From assembly GCA_963716255.1 (NCBI GenBank), contig OY970303.1:1184001-1248000 (forward strand): a stretch of DNA of 64,000 nt, given 5' to 3'. Below, piece after piece: positions 26,380-36,480 of the stretch. Below the pieces are notes generated by a model, which was given only the letters and a program-made list of their open reading frames with translations, was not told where the DNA came from and ran no database searches. The position numbers and the translations under genes were made by a program. The stretch comes from an uncultured Gemmatimonadales bacterium. Its GTDB lineage: Bacteria; Gemmatimonadota; Gemmatimonadetes; Longimicrobiales; Longimicrobiaceae. Each line of letters starts with the position of its first letter. Within the stretch, counting starts at the first letter, position 1.

Positions 26380-29070
26380 ATGGCACGCATCCCCGGGGTC
26401 CGCCCGGTGTTCCGGTTCCCCTCCTCGGAGGGGCGGGTGGCGGGCGAGGTGGAGGACGAGATCGCGTTCCACCTGGAGGAGCGCGCGCGGGAGCTGACCG
26501 CGCGCGGGATGGACCCGGCGGCCGCGCGCGCCGAGGCGCTGCGGGAGTTCGGGGACGTGCGCGAAGCGCAGGCGGAGCTGGAGGAGATCGGCCGGCGGCG
26601 GGTGCGGCACGAGGCGCGCACGGGGTGGTGGAGCGACCTGCTGCAGGACGCCCGCTACGCCTGGCGCGCCCTCCTCCGCTCGCCGGGGTTCACGGCAGTG
26701 GCGGTGCTCACGCTGGCGCTGGGGATCGGCGCGACCACGGCGATCTACACCGTGGTGGACGCGGTGCTGCTGAGGTCGCTGGGCGTGCCGGACGCGGAGC
26801 GGCTGGTGGTGCTGCGGGAAGCGGAGCGGGGCGCGGAGGGCGCGCCCGCCCGGGTGGGTACGGTGGGGCCGGCCAACTTCTTCGACTGGCAGGAGCAGTC
26901 CAGGTCGTTCGCGTCCATGGCGTACTTCGTCCTGTGGCCGCTGAACCTGACCGGCGACGGGGAGCCGCAGGAAACGCAGGTGCAGCTGACGAGCGCGAAC
27001 TTCTTTTCTACGCTGGGGGTGAAGCCGCTGCTGGGGCGCACCTTCCGCCCGGAGGAGGACGACCCGGGCGGGGAGCCCGTGGCCGTCGGCGACGTGGCCG
27101 TGCTGAGCTACGGCCTGTGGAAGACCCGCTACGGGGGCGACCCGGGGATCGTGGGGCGGACCCTCCGGCTCGACGGCGAGCCGGTGACGGTGGTGGGGGT
27201 GATGGGCCCCGGCTTCCGGGTGCTGAACCAGAAGCCGGACCTGTGGATGCCGCTGGCGATCACGCCGGGCGACCGGACGACGATGGGCCGCTTCGTGACG
27301 GCCGTCGGCCGGCTGAAGCCCGGGGTGACGCACGAGCGGGCGAGCGCCGAGATGGACCGGATCGCGCGCCGGCTGGAGGCGGCGTACCCCGAGTTCAACA
27401 CCAGCTCCCGCGTGTGGATCCAGCCGCTGCGCGAGGACGTGGTGGGGGAGGTGCGTCCGGCGCTGCTGGTGCTGCTGGGCGCGGTGGCGATGCTGCTGCT
27501 GATCGCCTGCACCAACGTGGCGAACCTGCTGCTGGGGCGGGCCAGCGCGAGACGCCAGGAGATCGCGGTGCGGCTCTCGCTGGGCGCCACGCGGGGGCGC
27601 GTGGTGCGGCAGCTTCTCACGGAAAGCGTGGTGCTGGCGCTGGTGGGCGGGGCGCTGGGGGTCGCGGCGGCGGCCGTGGGCACGCGGGCGCTGGTGCGCT
27701 CGCTCCCCGAATCGGCGCAGCTCCCCCGGCTGGACATGGTTTCCCTGGACGGCCGGCTGCTGGCGTTCGCGCTGGCCGTCACCCTGCTCACAGGGGTGAT
27801 CTTCGGGCTGGCCCCGGCGCTGGCGGCGAGCCGGGCCGATCTCCAGGGTACGCTGCGCGACAGCAGCCGCGGCACCACGGGAGGCGCGGGTGCGGTGCGG
27901 CTGCGCAACGCCCTGGTGGTGGCGGAGGTGGGGCTGGCGCTCATGCTCCTCGTGGGGGCGGGACTGCTGGTGCGGTCCTTCCAGAACCTGCAGGCGGTGG
28001 ATTCGGGGATGCGGGCCGAGGGGGTGCTCGCCCTGCGCATGAACCTCTCCTCCGATGCGTACAGCGGCGAAGGTGCGGTGCAGGGCTTCATGCAGCGCCT
28101 GGTCCCGGCGCTGGAGGGGCTGCCGGGAGTGCAGGCGGTGGGGAGCATCCAGTTCCTCCCGCTCACGGGCGCAAAGTCGGGGACCACCGCCTGGCGGGCC
28201 GACCGCCCCAAGCCCGCGCCGGACCGGGAAAAGGGCGCGGACATCCGGGCGGTGGGCGGGGACTACTTCCAGGCGCAGGGGGTCCGCCTGCTGCGGGGGC
28301 GCGCCTTCGGCGACCGCGACCACGCGGAGTCGGCGCCGGTCGTCGTCATCAACGAGGCGCTCGCGCGCGAGCAGTTCCCGGGCGAGGACCCCGTCGGCAG
28401 GCGCCTGGTCTTCGACTGGGACGCCGACACCGAGGCGGAGATCGTGGGCGTGGTGGACGACGTGCACGAGATGTCGCTGACGGACGCGCCGTCGCCCGCG
28501 TTCTACCGGCCGCTCACGCAGCATCCCGACGGCAACCTCAACGTGCTGGTGCGCACCACGGGCGACCCGATGGCGCTCGCGGGAGCGGTCCGGGCGGAGG
28601 TGAAGGCGCTCGACCCCGACCTGCCGGTGGCCAGCGTGCGGACCATGGAGTCGGTGGTCGCGGACGCCACGGCGCGGTCGCGGCTGAGCAGCTACCTGCT
28701 GGCCGGCTTCGCGGCCATCGCGCTCCTCCTGGCCGCCATCGGGCTCTACGGCATCATCTCGTACGGGGTGGCGCAGCGCCGGGGGGAGATCGGCGTGCGG
28801 GTGGCGCTCGGGGCCGACCGGGGCTCCATCCTGGGGCTGATCGTGCGCCAGGGGATGGCGCTGACGGCGGTGGGGCTGGCCGTGGGGCTGGTGGGCGCGC
28901 TCGCCCTCACGCGGCTGCTGCGCTCGCTGCTGTTCGGCGTGGGCGCGGCCGATCCCGTCACGTTTTTCGCGGTGCCGCTCCTCCTCGCGGCGGTGGCGCT
29001 CCTGGCCAGCTACGTGCCCGCCAACCGTGCCGCCCGCACGGATCCGGCCGTGGCGCTGAGGGCACAGTAA
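26380..29070 (+). CDS. Duplicated MacB/FtsX-type ABC permease (ADOP)
   Basis: EDEIAFHLE prefix domain, TLALGIGATTAI, LLIACTNVANLLL, EIAVRLSLGA and a second repeat EIGVRVALGA...DPAVALR. Confidence 0.93.
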   Translation: MARIPGVRPVFRFPSSEGRVAGEVEDEIAFHLEERARELTARGMDPAAARAEALREFGDVREAQAELEEIGRRRVRHEARTGWWSDLLQDARYAWRALLRSPGFTAVAVLTLALGIGATTAIYTVVDAVLLRSLGVPDAERLVVLREAERGAEGAPARVGTVGPANFFDWQEQSRSFASMAYFVLWPLNLTGDGEPQETQVQLTSANFFSTLGVKPLLGRTFRPEEDDPGGEPVAVGDVAVLSYGLWKTRYGGDPGIVGRTLRLDGEPVTVVGVMGPGFRVLNQKPDLWMPLAITPGDRTTMGRFVTAVGRLKPGVTHERASAEMDRIARRLEAAYPEFNTSSRVWIQPLREDVVGEVRPALLVLLGAVAMLLLIACTNVANLLLGRASARRQEIAVRLSLGATRGRVVRQLLTESVVLALVGGALGVAAAAVGTRALVRSLPESAQLPRLDMVSLDGRLLAFALAVTLLTGVIFGLAPALAASRADLQGTLRDSSRGTTGGAGAVRLRNALVVAEVGLALMLLVGAGLLVRSFQNLQAVDSGMRAEGVLALRMNLSSDAYSGEGAVQGFMQRLVPALEGLPGVQAVGSIQFLPLTGAKSGTTAWRADRPKPAPDREKGADIRAVGGDYFQAQGVRLLRGRAFGDRDHAESAPVVVINEALAREQFPGEDPVGRRLVFDWDADTEAEIVGVVDDVHEMSLTDAPSPAFYRPLTQHPDGNLNVLVRTTGDPMALAGAVRAEVKALDPDLPVASVRTMESVVADATARSRLSSYLLAGFAAIALLLAAIGLYGIISYGVAQRRGEIGVRVALGADRGSILGLIVRQGMALTAVGLAVGLVGALALTRLLRSLLFGVGAADPVTFFAVPLLLAAVALLASYVPANRAARTDPAVALRAQ

Positions 29071-29082
29071 ACGGCTGGCTCC

Positions 29083-29550
29083 GGCGGGTTCGGGCGTGCC
29101 CCCGGCTGGCGCCGGGGTCGGGCTTCGGCTCCGTAAGCGAGCAGACTACGCTCGCAAACGGAGTCGAGCCCCGGCAAACTGCCGCCGGGTCTCGCCCCTT
29201 CGGGCCGAAATCCCTCACGCGACTCCGTGCCCGGCCTCGGCGTTCCGCGGGCGCCCGGCTCACGCGGATGCCCTGTCGTGCGGGCCGGCGGCCCTCACCC
29301 GGCTCGCTTGAGGCTCGCCACCTTCTCCCTATCATCCGGTTCACGCGAAGCGTGAAGCGCCATTTTGGGAGAGGGGGCAACGGCTGGATCCTGAGAACGG
29401 ACAGGCACTTGCGTGAGGGATTACGGCCCGGAGGGGCGAGACCGCGCGGCTGTTTGCGCGGGCTCGACTCCGTTGCAGACGGTCGTTTCGTCTGCTACGG
29501 AGCCGAAGCCCGACCCCGGCGCCAGCCGGGGGCACGCCCGGACCCCGCCC
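29083..29550. repeat. Repeat family A, inverted pair (29083-29222 + and 29411-29550 -) enclosing a shared middle module
   Basis: The two arms are diverged reverse complements. The middle module ATCCGGTTCACGCGAAGCGTGAAGCGCCAT...GGGAGAGGGGGC also occurs at about 25554-25598. Confidence 0.9.
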
Positions 29551-29571
29551 GTCAAAAGCCGTTCAAGAACC

Positions 29572-32500
29572 TCACTCCGCGACATCATCCCCCTCCACGG
29601 CACGAAGGCGCAGGTGAACGGTGGTCCCCTGCCCCGGCTCCGAGTCCACGGTCACCTCGCCCCCCCACGATTCCACCAACCGCCGCACGATCGCCAGCCC
29701 CAGCCCCGTCCCGCTGCTGCGGGTGGAGAACTGCGGCTCGAACACCCGCGGCAGCAGCTCGGCCGGGATCCCCTCGCCGCTGTCCTCCACGTTGAGCATC
29801 ACCCAGGCGCCGCCCCCGGCCGGCCCGCCGGTGATGCGGATCTCGCCGCCGTCCGGGAGCGCTGCGCGGGCGTTCTCCAGCAGGTTGACGATCACCTCCT
29901 TGAGCTCCCCCACGCGCGACAGGGCCCGCGGCGTCCCGGGCGCCACCTCGACCCGGTAGCCGATGCCGTCGTGCGAGCCGCGGTACAGCGCCAGCGTCTC
30001 CTCGGCCACGAGCTCCAGGCTCACCGCCTCCAGCCCGCCCGCGGCCTGCGCCGGCGCCCCGAAGCGCGCGAAGGCGCGGGCGATCTCCCCCAGCCGGTCG
30101 ATCTCGGCGAGGATGGCGCCCACGTTGCGCTCCAGGATCTGCTCGAAGTCCGGCCGGCCGTCGGCGTGGGCGCGCCGCAGGTGCTGCACGGAAAGCTTGA
30201 TGGGGGTGAGCGGGTTCTTGATCTCGTGCGCCACCTGGCGCGCCATCTCGCCCCAGGCCAGCACCCGCGCAGTGCGCATCTCTGTGGTGACGTCCTCCAG
30301 CACCACCACGGCCCCGGCGATCCCCGTCTCGCCCCTCAGCCGCCGCAGCCGCAGGCGGATGGTGCGCCCCTCGATCTCCAGCTCCTCGCCGTGCTCCACC
30401 TCGCCGGAGCGCCGGAAGTCGCGCAGCGCGCGCGCCACCGCGGCAGCCACCGGGCCGTCCTCCGGCACGGTGCGCCCGGTGTCCACCGGCGTGCCCAGGA
30501 TCTCGGCGGCGCGCGCGTTGATCAGCGCCACCTTCCCCGCGGTGTCCAGAGCGAGCACCCCCGTCCCCGCCTCGGCGACCACCGCCTCGGTGCGGCGGGT
30601 CTCCCGTTCCAGCGCGGCCCGGGTTCGCCGCAGCCGCAGCACCATGCGGTTGAAGGAGCGGTACAGCCCGCCGAACTCGTCGCCACGCGTTTCGCGCAGG
30701 CGGATCCCCAGGTTGCCGGCGCCCACCGCGGCCGCGGCGCTGCTCAGGTCCTCGATGGGGCGCGACAGGGCGCGCCCCACGAAGAACGACAGCACCACGG
30801 ACAGGCCCGCGCCCAGCAGCACCGCCAGAAGCACGGCGTTCCCCAGCTCGCGCTGCCGCCGCGCGATCTCGCCCGAGGCGAGCGGGGTGGGCGCGGCGAG
30901 CACCTGCGCGGGGGAGACGCGCCGGTAGGCCAGCAGGTAGTCGCGCCCGGCCAGCTCGCGCTCCTCCAGGTCGCGCACGGCCTCGCCGCTGCTGAAGAGC
31001 AGGTAGAAGCGGGGCGGCAGCCAGGTGTTGTACAGCCCCAGCTCCAGCACCTCCGGCGACGACGCGCCGGTGAGCACGCCGCTGCGGTACAGCAGCAGGT
31101 CGGCCTGCACGTGCTCGGCCAGCGCGGGGAGCGTCCGCCCCGCGAGCTCCCGGGCGGCCTGCTCCAGCGCGCGCTCCGCCAGGGCGCCGGCGGTGCGCAC
31201 CACCTCGCGCGAGAGCGCCTGGTACGCCGTGGCGCCGAACACGGCCATGGGGAGGAGGAAGAAGGCGAAGAGCGCCAGCGTGAGCCGGCCGCGGAAGGTG
31301 CGCGCCCACACCCACTCCGTGGAGCCCAGCCCCAGCGGCTCGCCGCAGAGCGTGCGCGCCGCCGTCCACAGCACGGCCATGGCGGCCAGCGCGAACACCA
31401 GCACCAGCACCGAGCGCACCCCCAGCAGGAAGGGCGAGGGGGTGCGCACCAGCAGGTGCGCGTGCATGGGCCCGGCGGGGAAGCGCACCCCCGTCTCGCT
31501 GCGCCACCCCTGCGGCGTGTGCAGCCACTGCATGCGCCCGGGCTGCGCCGGGGCGTCCGCGGCCACCGCGGCGGGCACCAGCGACAGCGAGGTGGGACCG
31601 CCCTCGTCCTCCGGCTCGCGCCCGGGGTCCAGGAAGCGCGACAGCGCCCCGGAGCGCCCCAGGTGGGCGCGTGGGGGGACCGCCACCGTCACCGCGCGGC
31701 CCCCGGGGAGCGGCACCAGGAGCAGGTAGTGCACGGCGGGCTGGTCGGCGTAGCGCTCCAGGATGGGCTCCTCGGCGCTGGCGGCGCGCGCCAGCAGCGG
31801 GCCCACCAGCGAGTCCGGGAGCGCCACGTCGGTCAGGCGCAGCTCCGCCGTGGGGCGGACGCCGCTCCACAGGGTGACGCGCGCCTCGTACCCCTCCTTG
31901 GCGAGCCCCGCCCCCACCCAGCTCTGGTACAGCAGCCCCACCCCCACCCGCCCCTCCGCCGCGTTGAGCAGCGCACGCTCCGCGAACTGCCGCAGCAGGA
32001 AGTCCAGGTACGGGTCCGGGGTGGTCCCCAGCCGGGCCAGCTCCCGGCCCGCGACCTCCAGCCGCGCGTCCAGGTGCGCCACCCACAGGGTGGAGCAGGC
32101 GAGCGTCGCGCCCAGCCACCCGGCCGCCAGCCAGGGGGCCAGGCTCCCGCGTCCCGGCCGCGCCCGCGCGAACGCCGCCGCGAACATCCCGAACGGGAGC
32201 GCCCACAGCGCCGGCACCCACGCCGCCACCTCGCGCCCCGGCCTCCACCACAGCACCACGCCGATCCCCAGCGCCGCGGCGAGCGCCAGCGCGGGAACCC
32301 ACCAGCGCGCGGCCAGGTCGCGCTCCGGCTCGGGCGGGGGCGCGGGAAAGAGCAGGAAGAGCGGGATGGCGACCGCCAGCGTCGCCGCCATGACCAGCGA
32401 GATCCCCCCGGCGGAGTGCGCCGCCAGCATTCCCTGCGACGCCGAGCCCGCCACCAGCCGCAGCGCCAGCGGGGCGAGCAGCGCCGCCGGGACCACGCGC

Positions 32501-33672
32501 AGCCCCACCCGCAGCCGCGCCGGGCTGCCCAGCGGCCGGCGGTGGGTGAGCATCCACACCGCGCCCCCGGTGAACAGCACCATCAGCTGCCCCAGGGTGA
32601 CGTCCACCGGGAGCGGGAGGACGAAGCCCAGCGGCGAGAACACGTCGTCCATCCCCGTCATCTCCCCCAGCGGCGCCGCCAGCGCCGCCAGCGTCGCCGC
32701 CGCCACCGGGATCCCCGGCGGCCCGCGGCGGCGGCGGTACCACGCCGCCGCCAGCAGCGCGAACGCCGCCCCCCACGCCGCCGCCACCCCCCAGCGCCCC
32801 GACGCCAGGATCCGCTCGCGCCAGCTCTCCTGCGTCAGCCGCGCGAACGACACGCTGAGGATGGGGACCCCGTCGCTCTCCCAGTCCCACACCGACTCCC
32901 CCTGCGCCCGGTCCGGGGTGGTGAAGCGCGGCGTGAGCCCGTGGTCGGCGGTGAACGCCTCCGTGTATGGCCGCGTCCCCTCCCCGATGGACACGTTGGC
33001 GTCCAGGAGGATGGCGGCCACCGCCGTGCGCCCGTCCTCGAAGACCCGGGAAAAGTACAGGTAGCCGAAGAGCGGCCCCGCCGAGAAGAAGTAGGGCCGC
33101 ACCCCGCGCCGCACCGAGTCGGGGACCGCGCCGCGGTGCTCCCCCGCCCAGGCCACCGGCACGCCGTCCGGCCCGTACACCGCCACCGCCGACACCGCGT
33201 TCTCGCCGCGGAGCACCGACAATCGCTGGAAGAGCCCGGCCCGCCCCCGCGCGCCCCGCGCCGCCGCCACCGCCCCGTCCACCGCCGTCTCGCCGCGGTC
33301 CACCAGCGCGTTCAGGTCGTCGCCGAGCGCCACCCCCGCGCGGTCCTCCACCAGCAGGCGCACCAGCTCCCAGTCGCCCGCCACCCGGTCCAGCCGCAGC
33401 TGCGCCCCCGCCGCCGCCCCCAGCCCCAGCCAGAGCGCGGCCGCGGCCCCCAGCCCCCAGCGCCCCCCGCCGCGCGCCGCGAGGACGGTCCACAGCAGCG
33501 CCGCAACCGCCGCCACGGCCAGCAGCTCGCCCGAGGTGCGCCGCATCCACAGGGCGAGCAGCGCCAGGGCGATCCACCCCGCGGCCCACCCCGCGCGCTC
33601 CCGCAGGCCGGGCCCCGGCTGGTCCGCCGCTTGCGGGGCTGGCGCGCCGACCGTCGCCACCTTCCCCGCCAC
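29572..33672 (-). CDS. Large multi-TM NtrY-like sensor histidine kinase (HAMP, PAS, HisKA, HATPase)
   Basis: AWGEMARQVAHEIKNPLTPI, NLLENA, FSTRSSGTGLGLAIV; many TM helices; start approximate. Confidence 0.9.
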   Translation of the reverse strand: MAGKVATVGAPAPQAADQPGPGLRERAGWAAGWIALALLALWMRRTSGELLAVAAVAALLWTVLAARGGGRWGLGAAAALWLGLGAAAGAQLRLDRVAGDWELVRLLVEDRAGVALGDDLNALVDRGETAVDGAVAAARGARGRAGLFQRLSVLRGENAVSAVAVYGPDGVPVAWAGEHRGAVPDSVRRGVRPYFFSAGPLFGYLYFSRVFEDGRTAVAAILLDANVSIGEGTRPYTEAFTADHGLTPRFTTPDRAQGESVWDWESDGVPILSVSFARLTQESWRERILASGRWGVAAAWGAAFALLAAAWYRRRRGPPGIPVAAATLAALAAPLGEMTGMDDVFSPLGFVLPLPVDVTLGQLMVLFTGGAVWMLTHRRPLGSPARLRVGLRVVPAALLAPLALRLVAGSASQGMLAAHSAGGISLVMAATLAVAIPLFLLFPAPPPEPERDLAARWWVPALALAAALGIGVVLWWRPGREVAAWVPALWALPFGMFAAAFARARPGRGSLAPWLAAGWLGATLACSTLWVAHLDARLEVAGRELARLGTTPDPYLDFLLRQFAERALLNAAEGRVGVGLLYQSWVGAGLAKEGYEARVTLWSGVRPTAELRLTDVALPDSLVGPLLARAASAEEPILERYADQPAVHYLLLVPLPGGRAVTVAVPPRAHLGRSGALSRFLDPGREPEDEGGPTSLSLVPAAVAADAPAQPGRMQWLHTPQGWRSETGVRFPAGPMHAHLLVRTPSPFLLGVRSVLVLVFALAAMAVLWTAARTLCGEPLGLGSTEWVWARTFRGRLTLALFAFFLLPMAVFGATAYQALSREVVRTAGALAERALEQAARELAGRTLPALAEHVQADLLLYRSGVLTGASSPEVLELGLYNTWLPPRFYLLFSSGEAVRDLEERELAGRDYLLAYRRVSPAQVLAAPTPLASGEIARRQRELGNAVLLAVLLGAGLSVVLSFFVGRALSRPIEDLSSAAAAVGAGNLGIRLRETRGDEFGGLYRSFNRMVLRLRRTRAALERETRRTEAVVAEAGTGVLALDTAGKVALINARAAEILGTPVDTGRTVPEDGPVAAAVARALRDFRRSGEVEHGEELEIEGRTIRLRLRRLRGETGIAGAVVVLEDVTTEMRTARVLAWGEMARQVAHEIKNPLTPIKLSVQHLRRAHADGRPDFEQILERNVGAILAEIDRLGEIARAFARFGAPAQAAGGLEAVSLELVAEETLALYRGSHDGIGYRVEVAPGTPRALSRVGELKEVIVNLLENARAALPDGGEIRITGGPAGGGAWVMLNVEDSGEGIPAELLPRVFEPQFSTRSSGTGLGLAIVRRLVESWGGEVTVDSEPGQGTTVHLRLRAVEGDDVAE

Positions 33673-33673
33673 T

Positions 33674-34411
33674 ATGCCCGGCTCCTTGCGCTCATACTCC
33701 CTGGTGGACCTGTCGTGGCCCGAGGTCGTCGCGTACCTGGAGCGCGACCGGCGGCTGATCCTTCCCGTGGGCGCCTGCGACCAGCACGGGCCGCACCTGC
33801 CGCTCGGCGCCGCCACCTGCATCGCCGAGGCGCTCGCCGACGACCTGTCGCGCGAGTTCGCGGTGCTCCGCGCCCCCACCTTCGCCTACGGCGTCAACGT
33901 CCCCACCGAGCGCGACTTCGCCGGCACGGCCACGCTGCGCGGCAAGACGCTGCACCGCGCCCTCAACGAGCTGGTCAACGCGTGGGAGTCGCACGGGTTC
34001 ACGGAGATCGTGATGGTCACCGCCAGCGAGCACGACCCCCAGGCAGAGGCCATGGCGACGGTGTACGCCCGCAGGGCGCGGGTGCGGGTGGTGGAGGCGC
34101 TCGCCGTGGATCTTTCGGAATATCTCAGGGAGCCCGAGGGGCCGCAACACGGCGGCGAGGTGGTGACCTCGCTGCTGCTGCACCTGCGTCCGCAGGCGGT
34201 GGACATGCAGGCCGCCCAGGACTGCCTGATGGACACCGAGAAGTACCGGCGCTTCGTGCGCGGCAAGCTCCCCGTGCTCCCCGCCGGCTGCCCCGGCTCC
34301 ATCGGGCGCCCCACGCTCGCCACCGCCGAGACCGGGCGGCGCATCTACGACCACATCCTCGAGCGCATCCGCCAGAAGATCTTCATCTCGCCCCCGCCCG
34401 ACGAGGGGTGA
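33674..34411 (+). CDS. Creatininase family protein
   Basis: LSWPEV, LILPVGACDQHGPHLPLG, HGGEVVTSLLL, GSIGRPTLATAETG. Confidence 0.85.
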   Translation: MPGSLRSYSLVDLSWPEVVAYLERDRRLILPVGACDQHGPHLPLGAATCIAEALADDLSREFAVLRAPTFAYGVNVPTERDFAGTATLRGKTLHRALNELVNAWESHGFTEIVMVTASEHDPQAEAMATVYARRARVRVVEALAVDLSEYLREPEGPQHGGEVVTSLLLHLRPQAVDMQAAQDCLMDTEKYRRFVRGKLPVLPAGCPGSIGRPTLATAETGRRIYDHILERIRQKIFISPPPDEG

Positions 34412-34436
34412 CTTTGAGTGTCGAGGCGGGTTTGGC

Positions 34437-34585
34437 GGGGCCGCTACGGAGCCCGGCCAAACTGCGGCCGGTCTCCTCCGCGGGCTCCGGGAACCCCGGG
34501 AAACAGCCCCCGGGTTTCCCTCCGCCGGGGGGAGCCTCGCCAAACTGCCGGCGAGTCTCCCCCCGAACCGATTCATGTGGATACC
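34437..34585 (+). repeat. Intergenic structured repeat family B, copy 1
   Basis: Aligns to the reverse complement of 62036-62183; nested hairpins with AAACWGCC loops. Confidence 0.8.
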
Positions 34586-34723
34586 ACGGAACGACAAGCG
34601 GCAACGGCACGGCCACGCACCCGCCCGTGCTCCGTACGGTCGTGCAGGCTGTCCCCTGTCCCCTCGCACTTTCGCGCCCCTCCGGGGTATCCCCGGCTGG
34701 ACGACACCATCCAAGGAGACCTC

Positions 34724-35416
34724 ATGCCGATCGTACGCAGCGTCCTCACGTTCCTCCTCCTCGCCCTGGCGGCGCCGCTGGGCGCGCAGGGGACGGTGGT
34801 GGACCAGGGGAGCTTTCGCGTGACCGTGGGCGGGCAGACGGCGGGGACGGAGGAGTTCGTGATCCGGCAGAGCGGGAGCGGCACCGGGAGCGACGTCACG
34901 GCCACGGGGCGGGTGGAAGTCACCCTTCCCGGCGGGACGCTGGAGCTGGTGCCGCGGCTGCGGGCGCGGGGGCTGGACGCGTCGCCGGTCAGCTACCAGG
35001 TGGACGTGGGCGGCGACTCGCCGCGGCGCATCCTGGGGCAGGTGGGCGCCGGACGCTTCAGCGCGCGCATCGTCTCCACCTCCGGCGAGCAGCTGCGCGA
35101 GTACGTGGCCAGCGACCGCGCGCTCATCCTGGACGACGGCGTGGCGCACCACTACTACTTCCTGGCGCAGCGGCAGCGGGGCGGCACCGTCCCCGTCATC
35201 GTCCCGCGCGAGAACCGGCAGGTGATCGCGACGGTGTCCAGCCGGGGCGAGGAGCGCGTCGACGTCGGCGGGGCCACGGCCAGCCTTTTCCACCTGGTGG
35301 TGCAGGTCCCCGGCTCCAGCGAGCGGCACGTGTGGGTGGACGCCCTGGGCCGCGTGATCCGCGTCCGCATCCCCGCCACCGGCTACGAGGCCACGCGCAC
35401 CGAGCTGCCCCGCTGA
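34724..35416 (+). CDS. Secreted beta-rich hypothetical protein
   Basis: AAGGAG RBS; signal peptide MPIVRSVLTFLLLALAAPLGA-Q. Confidence 0.75.
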   Translation: MPIVRSVLTFLLLALAAPLGAQGTVVDQGSFRVTVGGQTAGTEEFVIRQSGSGTGSDVTATGRVEVTLPGGTLELVPRLRARGLDASPVSYQVDVGGDSPRRILGQVGAGRFSARIVSTSGEQLREYVASDRALILDDGVAHHYYFLAQRQRGGTVPVIVPRENRQVIATVSSRGEERVDVGGATASLFHLVVQVPGSSERHVWVDALGRVIRVRIPATGYEATRTELPR

Positions 35417-35558
35417 CCTCCGGGCCCCGCGCCACGCTCCGCGCCCTCCCGGCCCCGCGGCCGGGAGGGCGCCGCGCATCCGGGGTTCTCCCCTACCCCG
35501 CGCCGGGCGGCTATCTTTGGCCCCGACCCGAGCCCCCACACACCCGACCGCCCGCGCC

Positions 35559-36248
35559 GTGAGCCACGCGACACACCCGGACACCGCCGCCCCCGCCCCG
35601 CTGGGCCGCCGCGTCCTGCAGACCTTTCTCGCCCCCGCCGACCTGTTCCGCGGGTCGGGGGGCTACGCCCCCTGGATGGGGCCGCTCCTCCTTTCCACGC
35701 TGGTCGCCGTGGTCGCGGTGCTCGCCAACCCCGACCAGATGTACCAGATGACCGAGCCCGCCGTCAACCGGCGCGGGCGGCCCGTGGAGATCACCTCCGA
35801 CCTGGCGACCATCGCCCACTACGGACGCATGCTGGGGATGATCGCCGCGCTGGCCATGCACCCCCTGATCGTGCTCGCCGCCGCGGGGGTGCTGGCGCTG
35901 CTCTTCAGCGTCCTGCTGCGCGGCGAGGGACGGTTCGTCCAGTACCTGTCCATCGCGGCGCACGCCTCACTCGTCGCGGCGCTGGGCACGCTGGCCGCCG
36001 CGGCGCTCGCGCTCCTGCGCGGCGCCGAGCCGCGGGGGATCACCCCGGCGCTCCTCCCGCTGGCGGCGCCGGGAAGCTTCGCCCACAGGCTCCTGGAAGG
36101 GATGGACCTGTTCACGCTGTGGGCGCTGCTCGTGGCGGCGCTGGGGGTGAGCCTGGTCAACCGGCGCCGCTCCTTCGCCAGCGCAGCCGCCGTGCTGCTG
36201 GGCGTCTACGTCGCGCTCGCCGTGGGCATCGCCGCCCTGGGAGCGTGA
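35559..36248 (+). CDS. Yip1-like membrane protein
   Basis: About 5 TM segments, VLQTFLAPADLF start; directly upstream of the TolC-MacAB operon. Confidence 0.65.
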   Translation: MSHATHPDTAAPAPLGRRVLQTFLAPADLFRGSGGYAPWMGPLLLSTLVAVVAVLANPDQMYQMTEPAVNRRGRPVEITSDLATIAHYGRMLGMIAALAMHPLIVLAAAGVLALLFSVLLRGEGRFVQYLSIAAHASLVAALGTLAAAALALLRGAEPRGITPALLPLAAPGSFAHRLLEGMDLFTLWALLVAALGVSLVNRRRSFASAAAVLLGVYVALAVGIAALGA

Positions 36249-36480
36249 CCCCCGCGCTCCCGGCGCGCCGGGAGCGCGCCCGCCCCTTCCGCGGCCGCCA
36301 ACCCGTTGCGGCCCAGCGGGATACTCCCGCCATCCGTTTGGCGTTAGATTGTTCTCGCCGCGCGGTCGACGCACCACCGGAAGGGTCGGGAGCGCCCTGA
36401 AACTTTCCGCTCCACCCCCCCGTAGTCCCCGTCGTCCGACGCACTCCCGTCCGCCTTCCCGACCCCGGAAAGATCCCCAG

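Noticed and set aside
29413..35562. 2049-aa plus-strand ORF and similar long ORFs (2536-6288, 46034-49174, 50439-53999, 54177-57395)
   Set aside because: Arg/Pro/Gly-rich shadow frames overlapping well-supported genes, as expected in very high-GC DNA.
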